Notes under the pieces: generated by a model
What the model was told of the DNA's origin: nothing
What the model saw: only the letters and a program-made list of their open reading frames with translations
Databases searched by the model: none
Translations under genes and position numbers: made by a program
DNA from: a virus
Taxonomy: Duplodnaviria; Caudoviricetes
Direction: 5' to 3' (one strand)
Virus record (IMG/VR): IMGVR_UViG_3300020045_000512
Span: 1 to 26,022 of that record
Length of the DNA: 26,022 nucleotides
In this document: positions 8,349-15,245 of the stretch, piece after piece
How positions within the stretch are numbered: position 1 is the first letter of the stretch
Layout: every line of letters starts with the position of its first letter

Positions 8349-9109
8349 GCGATGAGTTGATGTGCTTAGGCCGACTTGAAAAACTTTATGAGGAAACTGG
8401 AAAGCCTCATTCTGTAAGCTGTTCTATAGGAATAAAAAGACAACATCCCGCATGGTTAGGCAATCCAGCGTGGGATAATGACGCGCCGCAAAGTATAATA
8501 GACGGCGGTGGTTATAGGCCATATATAAAGCACTGGCAGGGCAATAGGATTATATTCGAGGATAATCATAAAGCACGAGCGGGGAAAATATACCTAACAA
8601 AAGAGGAAAAAGACTTCATTCCCGTATTGGGTGATTATGTCGTTGTGGCGCCTTCTTTAAAAGATGCGGCAAGTCCTAATAAATCATGGGGTTTTGATAA
8701 ATTTCAAGAGGTTGCCAATAAATTAGGGGTTAAATGCGTTCAACTTATATCTGATGACAAGGAAAACATCTTGCGCGGTGTAGTTGTCGTAAAAACAAAG
8801 ACGTTTAGGCTTGCCGCAAGCGTTATATCGCGTTCTAAGCTAGTTATATGCAATGAGGGCGGTTCGCATCATATGGCGGCCTCTATGGGCGTTCCAGCGG
8901 TAGTTATATTCGGCTCTTTTATTAGTCCAGAAACAACGGGATATAATATCCATGCTAATATAACCACAACGGAAGCTGATTATTGTGGTAATTGGGATGA
9001 TTGTCCTATATGCAAAAAATCAATGGAAAAGATAACGCCTGATATGGTACTATCAAAAGCACAAGAATTTTTAAGGGGCGAAAATGCACAAGGTATATAT
9101 CGGGTATGA
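8339..9109 (+). CDS. GT9-family (heptosyltransferase-like) glycosyltransferase
   Basis: N-terminal MGLGDELM, NKSW..KFQEV, and VICNEGGSHHMAASMGVPAVVIFG. C-terminal Cys cluster YCG..DCPICKKSMEKITPDMV. Confidence 0.85.
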   Translation: MGLGDELMCLGRLEKLYEETGKPHSVSCSIGIKRQHPAWLGNPAWDNDAPQSIIDGGGYRPYIKHWQGNRIIFEDNHKARAGKIYLTKEEKDFIPVLGDYVVVAPSLKDAASPNKSWGFDKFQEVANKLGVKCVQLISDDKENILRGVVVVKTKTFRLAASVISRSKLVICNEGGSHHMAASMGVPAVVIFGSFISPETTGYNIHANITTTEADYCGNWDDCPICKKSMEKITPDMVLSKAQEFLRGENAQGIYRV

Positions 9110-9764
9110 CCCTAAAGAAGCTATTGCATATCACACTTGTGTTAATAGCATGATACGTATGTCAACTTCACCCTTTTCAATTACGCCATTAGCTTTGAAT
9201 AATCTATCTGGATATACAGAGGACAAGGCACGTTCGGTAGGTTATAAACCAACGAATGATTTTATATTTTCTCGGTTTTTAGTGCCGTTCTTAAATGATT
9301 ACAAAGGATGGGCGTTATTTATTGACGGCGATATGATTTTCTTAGATGACCCGTCAAAGTTGTTCGGAATGGTTGATGAGACAAAAGCCGTGCTTTGTGT
9401 TAAGCATGATTATAAGACAAAATTCCCAATAAAATATCTAAACCAGAAAAACGAAGACTACGAACGCAAAAACTGGTCAAGCGTTATTCTGTTTAACTGC
9501 GCTCATCCAGACTGTATGAAGCTAACGCAAAGCTATGTGCAAAATTCAACAGGAAGACACCTGCACCGCTTTGAGTGGACTAATAGTGTTGGCGAATTGC
9601 CCATTGAATGGAATTGGTTAGCTGACGAGTATGGGGTAAACAATGAGGCTAAATTGCTACATTATACTGCGGGGACACCTTGTTTTATTGATTTTTCGGA
9701 AGTCCCGATGGCTGAAAAATGGCACAAAGAGCGTATTTTAACAGAATATTCGGCACAGGTATAA
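9084..9764 (+). CDS. GT8-like / CDI-like GT-A glycosyltransferase
   Basis: Motifs VYIGYDPKE, DFIFSRFLVP, WALFIDGDM (DxD), RKNWSSVILFNC, LPIEWNWL and LLHYTAGTP. Confidence 0.88.
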   Translation: MHKVYIGYDPKEAIAYHTCVNSMIRMSTSPFSITPLALNNLSGYTEDKARSVGYKPTNDFIFSRFLVPFLNDYKGWALFIDGDMIFLDDPSKLFGMVDETKAVLCVKHDYKTKFPIKYLNQKNEDYERKNWSSVILFNCAHPDCMKLTQSYVQNSTGRHLHRFEWTNSVGELPIEWNWLADEYGVNNEAKLLHYTAGTPCFIDFSEVPMAEKWHKERILTEYSAQV

Positions 9765-9765
9765 A

Positions 9766-10089
9766 ATGGAAACAGGTAAACTAGACCAAAGATTGACGCT
9801 TCAATCATTAACTGAAACCCAAAATAAATCAGGGGAAACCGTCCAATCATATACAACGGTTGCTACAGTTTGGGGGAGAGTTATATCAGAAAAAGGCCGC
9901 GAAGCCTTTGAAAGCGCAAGAGTAAACGCAAGGGAAAACGTCCGTGTGTCTATTCGTTATCGTGATGATTTAACAAATAAATGGCGCGTTCAGTGGATGT
10001 CACAGAATTATAATATTACGAATGTTGATAGAACAATGCGAAGACAGGGCGAATTGTGGCTTACATTAGAGGTTGTCGGTGCGCTATAA
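9766..10089 (+). CDS. Head closure / head-tail adaptor (SPP1 gp16-like)
   Basis: Motifs GKLDQRLTLQ, ATVWGRV...GRE and IRYRDDL..WRV. Confidence 0.9.
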   Translation: METGKLDQRLTLQSLTETQNKSGETVQSYTTVATVWGRVISEKGREAFESARVNARENVRVSIRYRDDLTNKWRVQWMSQNYNITNVDRTMRRQGELWLTLEVVGAL

Positions 10090-10504
10090 GATTGAAACAG
10101 AGGGATTTAAGGAATTAGATAAGGCTTTGGGTGAGTTGCCTGACAAGATTGCAAGCCGTACATTACAACGGGCGGTTAGTAAATCAATGAAAACCGTACA
10201 AGCTGATTTTATTAGTGCTGCGCCAAGGTCGGAGATTCAAAGCCAGTACAGTAAGCAATACGGACGATTAAGCGAGAACATAAAAACAGGTCGGGCAAAG
10301 AATAAAGACAAGTCGGCAAAATCTGCCTTCATCTCAACTGGAAATGCGTTCTGGGGTAATTTTGTTGAGTTTGGTACTAAGTATATGCCCGCGCAACCGT
10401 GGTTTGTTCCAAAGTTTGAGCAATTGAGTAATCGTGTTTTGGATATTTTAAGTAAAACGCTAAAAGAAGAAATTGAAAAAAGCTTCAAAAGGTTAAGAAA
10501 ATGA
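10073..10504 (+). CDS. HK97 gp10-family tail/neck protein
   Basis: Motifs EGFKELDKALGEL and AFWGNFVEFGTKYMPAQPWFVP. Confidence 0.9.
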   Translation: MSVRYKIETEGFKELDKALGELPDKIASRTLQRAVSKSMKTVQADFISAAPRSEIQSQYSKQYGRLSENIKTGRAKNKDKSAKSAFISTGNAFWGNFVEFGTKYMPAQPWFVPKFEQLSNRVLDILSKTLKEEIEKSFKRLRK

Positions 10505-10902
10505 TTGAATATGGAATGAAACAACTGATTGCAACCGCTTTAGGGCATAGTAGGATTTATCCGCTTCGTGCGCCGCAAAACGCGACAACCCCTTTTGTCA
10601 TCTATCAAAGAACATCCGCCGAACGCTGGCAGGGTATAAACAGAACGGCTGATATAGCACAAGCTAATATTCAAATTGACGTATATTCCGACACGTATCA
10701 ATCTGCTAAAGAAATATCTGGGCAAATACAAGAATTGCTTGCGAGTTACCGTGGTGTCGTGTATTATGGCACGGATAGCCCACAAGAGTTTGTTAATATA
10801 AAAGGCATAAGCGTTCAGTCTGATTTCGACACATTAGACCAGACAGAAGAGCCTTTTTTATATCGAAATTCAACCGACTATCTAACAACTTATGGCCAAT
10901 AG
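10501..10902 (+). CDS. Tail terminator / completion protein (DUF3168-like)
   Basis: Motifs RIYPLRAPQ...PFVIYQR and IQIDVYS.TY..AK. Lies directly before the tail tube gene. Confidence 0.88.
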   Translation: MIEYGMKQLIATALGHSRIYPLRAPQNATTPFVIYQRTSAERWQGINRTADIAQANIQIDVYSDTYQSAKEISGQIQELLASYRGVVYYGTDSPQEFVNIKGISVQSDFDTLDQTEEPFLYRNSTDYLTTYGQ

Positions 10903-10910
10903 GATAAAAA

Positions 10911-11330
10911 ATGACATATGAATCTGTAGCAATTGAAACACAAGGTTTTAAATTTGAGATTGGTGAGGGTACTTCTCCGATTACTTACACGGAAGTAAAA
11001 GAAGTTGTTAGCTTCTCTGGCTTTGATGGTGCGGCGGCAGAAATTGACGTTACCCATTTACAATCAGCCGCTAAAGAGTTTCTCATGGGGTTGCAAGACT
11101 TCGGAACATTCCAGATTGATGTCAATCATCTCCCTGATGATACTGGTCAAGTTGAAATGCGTACCGCTAAGGGTGACCGCGATATTCGCACATTTCGCGT
11201 AACCTTCTCTGATGCTAACACTGCTGTTTTCCGTGGGTTTGTTCTTTCAAACTCAATCTCTGGCGGTGTTGATGCTAAGGTTGACGGCTCTTTCCAAATC
11301 CGTATTTCTGGTGATGTGACCTTCGCATAA
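10911..11330 (+). CDS. Major tail (tube) protein
   Basis: Motifs IETQGFKFEIG, EIDVTHLQS.AKEF.MGLQDFG and F.GFV...ISGGVD..V.GS..IRISG. RBS agga. Confidence 0.92.
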   Translation: MTYESVAIETQGFKFEIGEGTSPITYTEVKEVVSFSGFDGAAAEIDVTHLQSAAKEFLMGLQDFGTFQIDVNHLPDDTGQVEMRTAKGDRDIRTFRVTFSDANTAVFRGFVLSNSISGGVDAKVDGSFQIRISGDVTFA

Positions 11331-11695
11331 TGTCAGCACATACAGGCGAATTTGATTTTGAGATTAAAGGGAAAAAGCTAACCATCATTTATGACTGGTC
11401 GGCTCTTTCTGAATTATCTGAAATTGATGGCGCAGTGCAGGAATTAGGCAAACCAGTCGATAAAGTTAATCCGCATATCGTAGCTGATGTTATGGCTTGC
11501 GGGTTAAAAAGACACCATCCAGAATTGACAAAAGAGGCGATTATAGAATGGTCGCCGCCTTTGGTTCGTTCAATATTGGTTTTAGATAAAGCCTTGTCAT
11601 ATGCTTACTATGGTGTGGACGGCGTACCAAAAGAAGATAATAAAAAAAAAGTGAAGAAAAAGACTTTATTGCAGAGGCTTTTTCGTTCAGTTTAA
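11330..11695 (+). CDS. Tail assembly chaperone (gpG-like)
   Basis: Lies between tail tube and tape measure. LTIIYDWSALSEL motif, and the gene ends in an A9 slippery run. Confidence 0.85.
   Translation: MSAHTGEFDFEIKGKKLTIIYDWSALSELSEIDGAVQELGKPVDKVNPHIVADVMACGLKRHHPELTKEAIIEWSPPLVRSILVLDKALSYAYYGVDGVPKEDNKKKVKKKTLLQRLFRSV
11642..11650 (+). promoter_or_regulatory. Programmed -1 ribosomal frameshift site (A AAA AAA)
   Basis: In-frame AAT AAA AAA AAA GTG. The -1 frame opens immediately after the TAA at 11641-11643 and runs to 11967. Confidence 0.8.
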
Positions 11696-11967
11696 AACTT
11701 GGTATTCAGCCAAGTGAATTTTGGCGAATGACACCATGGCAATTTTATACAATATTCAAAACATTTTCCAAAACAAAAGAAGAAGAACACGACCACTCTG
11801 CATGGATTATGTGGCACGGTGCTTTATTACCTAAACTTAAAAAAATGCCAGAGTTGAAAATATTCCTATCAAGTGATAAAAAACAAGTGAAAAGAATAGA
11901 TGAAGTTGCTATAATGGCTAGGCTTAAGGCTTATCAAAAAAGGGTTAAAGAAGAATGTCAATCATAA
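11644..11967 (+). CDS. Tail assembly chaperone C-terminal extension (gpT-like), reached by -1 frameshift
   Basis: The -1 frame reads KKSEEKDFIAEAFSFSLKLGIQPSEFWRMTPWQF. The conserved G..P.EFW.MTP motif begins upstream of the only ATG (11728). Confidence 0.82.
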   Translation, partial: KKSEEKDFIAEAFSFSLKLGIQPSEFWRMTPWQFYTIFKTFSKTKEEEHDHSAWIMWHGALLPKLKKMPELKIFLSSDKKQVKRIDEVAIMARLKAYQKRVKEECQS

Positions 11968-13664
11968 CCAAACTAACCGCGTTATTGACGGCTGACAGTT
12001 CCCAATTTGAAAGCGGGATGAAAAAGGCTGGTAAATCCCATGCCGCTTTTGTTAATACATTAAAAACAGGCGCAACTCTTGCGGGAGCGGCTCTTGCTAC
12101 AATCGGCGGGGCTATGGTCGCGCTTGGCATTAAGAGTGCGGCGGCAATCGAGGCAAACTCTGACCTTGCATCATCTTTAGGACTGGCGGCAAAAGAATTT
12201 AAAGCCTTTGCGATTGTCGCAGAGGAAAGCGGTGTATCACAAGAAGAATTTGCGGCGGCTTTTACAAAATCACAAAAGGCAATATTTGACGCGGCGAGTG
12301 GTTCAAAATCAGCACAAGAGAATTTTAAAGCATTAGGATTATCCGTATCTGACTTGATTAAAATGTCTCCTAAAGAGCAGTTTATCGCTATTTCTGATGC
12401 TCTATCTAAAATCCAGAATCCTACCGAACGTACGGCAATGGCTATGGAGTTATTGGGCAAGGGCGGCAGGGGTGTAATCAATATGCTAACCGACCTTGGC
12501 TTAAAGGTTGATGAGGCAAGTGAGTTTGCAAATAAGTTTAATCTGGCTGTTGATGATATTGACAGTGAGCAAGTAAAGGCCGCTGGTGACGCTTACGGGC
12601 GCGTAGGAATGGCAATTGAGGGTGCTGGCAATACTATTGCAGTCACGTTCGCCCCATTGGTTGAGGAGGCTTCTAACCAGCTTATAAAGGGCGCGGCAAG
12701 CGGTGAAGATTTCGGATATGCGATAAAGTATGGAATGACCATAGCTTCTATGGCGGTTGATGTTGTTCGCCAAGCTGTTTTAGGTTTCAGACTTACATTT
12801 TCAAGTACAATCGCAGGCGTTTTAGAGTTAGCGGCGAAGGCAAGAGAAAAGCTAACTGGTGACGGCGGCATCTTTAGGGGTGCGGCAGAGGAAGCGAAAC
12901 AGGAAGTCCGTGGCATCATGGACGAAATGAAAAACTTTGAAAGTTCAGCTTCTAAACTTGATAAGATTTACGCTGGCGCAAGAGAACGCGCAACACAAAA
13001 CCAAGGCGGTGGCGGCGGTGGCTTATCAGGTGTTGCTGATGGTTTAGCACAAGCGCAGGACAAAACACTTGATTTAACCGCAAATACAAAATCACTCGCG
13101 GATATGTATAAAGAGTTTGAAAAATCGTCAGGTTCAGCAATTGATAATTTGATTACAGATTTAGGCCGTGGTGGTGATGCCATGCAGTCATTTAAGAATT
13201 TTGCCGTTTCAATCCTTCAAGATGTTCTAAAATCTCTTAATGGTGGCAGTTCAATAGGCGGTTCACTTGGCGGTTTAATCGCTGGTGGGCTGACTAACTT
13301 GCTATCTGGAGGCTCTTTGGTTTCGCAAGGCTTATCCTCTGGCGGCGCAGGAATGGGCGGATTATACGCGGGGTTGGCTGGTGTCACAGGGAGTTTCGCC
13401 ACTGGTATTCAGAACGTGCCTTATGACATGAATGCCAGACTGCACAAAGGTGAAGCGGTTATACCTGCAAGTCAAGTTGACAATATGGGTTCAGGTGGCG
13501 GCGGAATGGTTGTTAATATTGATGCCAGAGGTGCAGAGCAAGGCGTTGAAGATAAGATACGTCAAGTGATGCAACAGGTTAATCAATTACGTGCTGATAC
13601 GCCTAAAATCGCCTTAAATGTTGTGTCTGACCAGAGTAGACGCAACCCTAATTTTGTGAGATAA
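11955..13664 (+). CDS. Tail tape measure protein
   Basis: Ala/Gly-rich helical protein after the chaperones. N-terminal LTADSSQFESGM and C-terminal FATG..NVP.DM.A.LHKGEAVIP. Confidence 0.92.
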   Translation: MSIITKLTALLTADSSQFESGMKKAGKSHAAFVNTLKTGATLAGAALATIGGAMVALGIKSAAAIEANSDLASSLGLAAKEFKAFAIVAEESGVSQEEFAAAFTKSQKAIFDAASGSKSAQENFKALGLSVSDLIKMSPKEQFIAISDALSKIQNPTERTAMAMELLGKGGRGVINMLTDLGLKVDEASEFANKFNLAVDDIDSEQVKAAGDAYGRVGMAIEGAGNTIAVTFAPLVEEASNQLIKGAASGEDFGYAIKYGMTIASMAVDVVRQAVLGFRLTFSSTIAGVLELAAKAREKLTGDGGIFRGAAEEAKQEVRGIMDEMKNFESSASKLDKIYAGARERATQNQGGGGGGLSGVADGLAQAQDKTLDLTANTKSLADMYKEFEKSSGSAIDNLITDLGRGGDAMQSFKNFAVSILQDVLKSLNGGSSIGGSLGGLIAGGLTNLLSGGSLVSQGLSSGGAGMGGLYAGLAGVTGSFATGIQNVPYDMNARLHKGEAVIPASQVDNMGSGGGGMVVNIDARGAEQGVEDKIRQVMQQVNQLRADTPKIALNVVSDQSRRNPNFVR

Positions 13665-13666
13665 AA

Positions 13667-14278
13667 ATGATAACGTATCCGATTGATTTCCCTACTGACA
13701 TAAGCGTTAATGCGTTGACTATTTCCCCTAGAAACGCCATAGGGAGAAGTGAAAGCCCATTTACCTATCAAGAGCAAGTATATGATTTTGGTGGGGCTTC
13801 ATGGCAAGTTATGGGCGCATTACCTTTGATGGAAAAAGAAACCGCAGAAAAATATGTGTCATTTTTGCTTAAACTTAAAGGACGTTTTGGCACTTTCTTA
13901 TTTCCCATTCCTTTATCGACCCCGCAAGGCGTAGCAACTGGAACGCCACTTGTTAAAGGCGGTGGGCAAGTCGGCAGTCAATTAATCGTTGATGGGTTTA
14001 CAATAAGCACCACTAATATATTAAAAGCCGGCGATTGGATTAACCTTGGAAGCGGTGCGGACACAAGAGCGCACAAGGTTTTGAATGACGTTAATTCTAA
14101 TGGAAGTGGAGAAGTAACTCTGGACATATGGCCTCCGATTAGAACAAGTCCAGCCGATAACGCCACGGTAACGGTTAATAATTGCAAAATACTTTTACGC
14201 CTGACACAGGATGATGGGTATTCAATTGATATAAATAAGCATTATTTCGTGCAGTTTTCAGCAATGGAGGCTTTATAG
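13667..14278 (+). CDS. Distal tail (Dit-like) protein
   Basis: First gene after the tape measure. Motifs SESPFT..EQV, L.G..GTF, LKAGD and IWPPIR.SPADN, ending in ME.L. Confidence 0.75.
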   Translation: MITYPIDFPTDISVNALTISPRNAIGRSESPFTYQEQVYDFGGASWQVMGALPLMEKETAEKYVSFLLKLKGRFGTFLFPIPLSTPQGVATGTPLVKGGGQVGSQLIVDGFTISTTNILKAGDWINLGSGADTRAHKVLNDVNSNGSGEVTLDIWPPIRTSPADNATVTVNNCKILLRLTQDDGYSIDINKHYFVQFSAMEAL

Positions 14279-14844
14279 TGCGCGATATAACAAGCGGTTT
14301 TGAAACTGAAATTGAAGCGTCACAACTTGCACCGATTGCTATGCTTCAATTAGAGTTTGATAGCGGTACGATTAGAATGTGGTCTGGTATAGGTGACTTA
14401 ACCTATGACAGCAATATTTTCTTTGGTGTTGGTAATCTCCTAGCGATTGAAAGCGCAGAGGAGACAAACGAATTAAAGGCAACCTCTGGACGGTTTAGAT
14501 TATCTGGCGTTGATTCCTCAATGTTGAGTTTGTCCTTACTTGAAAACTACCAAGGAAGACCAGTTTCATATTGGTTTGGTGTTTTGGATACTGTCACAAG
14601 GGCGTTAATTCCAGACCCATATCTTGTGTTTAAAGGAAAAATGGATATATTAGAGATTAGTGATAATGGCGAAACTTCAGAGGTTACATTATCCGCAGAA
14701 AGCGATTTAATTGATTTGCGTGTTGTTCGTGAAAGAAAATATACAAACGAAGACCAAAAATCCATGTTTCCTAGCGATGACGGGCTTTCTTTCGTTGCCA
14801 ACATCCAAGACATATCTATCAATTGGGGGGTTGGCGTAACGTGA
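14278..14844 (+). CDS. Minor tail / tail-tip protein
   Basis: Motifs LEFDSGTIRMWSGIGDL, F.GKMD and YTNEDQK..FP.DDGLSFV..QD..INWG, common in tail-tip modules. Confidence 0.8.
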   Translation: MRDITSGFETEIEASQLAPIAMLQLEFDSGTIRMWSGIGDLTYDSNIFFGVGNLLAIESAEETNELKATSGRFRLSGVDSSMLSLSLLENYQGRPVSYWFGVLDTVTRALIPDPYLVFKGKMDILEISDNGETSEVTLSAESDLIDLRVVRERKYTNEDQKSMFPSDDGLSFVANIQDISINWGVGVT

Positions 14845-15245
14845 AAAAAGAAGGATGGGAAAAGATATTATCTGATTATATTCAGGAACAATCCAGAACG
14901 CCATTTTCATGGGGAACATATGATTGCGTTACTTTTGTTTCTGGGTATTGCCAACTTGTCACAGGTAAATGCACAAACGAAACTGTATCAGGTAAATACT
15001 CCTCAAAAGAAACTGCGCTTGCATTATACGAAAGTTTAGGTCAAAGCCCAATTGATATTATGGATGGGTTCTTTGAGCGTGTTCAACCTTCATTCGCGCA
15101 ACGTGGCGATGTAGCTTTTAAGTGGCGAGATGAAGGTTTTTCATTCGGGATTATTGACGGCGGATATGCAGTTTTTAAAGTTGACGGCACTGGACTTTTA
15201 AGAGAAAAAATCAGAACAATGGATGTAGTATGGCGCGTGGAATAG
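14841..15245 (+). CDS. Tail-associated NlpC/P60-like (DUF6950-like) protein
   Basis: Motifs PFSWGTYDC and AQRGDV. The GTG start overlaps the upstream stop (GTGA). Confidence 0.75.
   Translation: MKKEGWEKILSDYIQEQSRTPFSWGTYDCVTFVSGYCQLVTGKCTNETVSGKYSSKETALALYESLGQSPIDIMDGFFERVQPSFAQRGDVAFKWRDEGFSFGIIDGGYAVFKVDGTGLLREKIRTMDVVWRVE

Noticed and set aside
6430-9764. Classical gtrABC serotype-conversion moron or DNA-hypermodification cluster
   Set aside because: There is no flippase or polytopic GT, no own promoter/terminator, and no base hydroxymethylase or polymerase context in the window. These alternatives are disfavoured but not formally excluded.
11945-13402. Several long minus-strand ORFs opposite the tape measure gene (and similar ones opposite the protease, capsid and 929-aa genes)
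   Set aside because: Antisense shadows of well-supported plus-strand genes, with no recognisable motifs.
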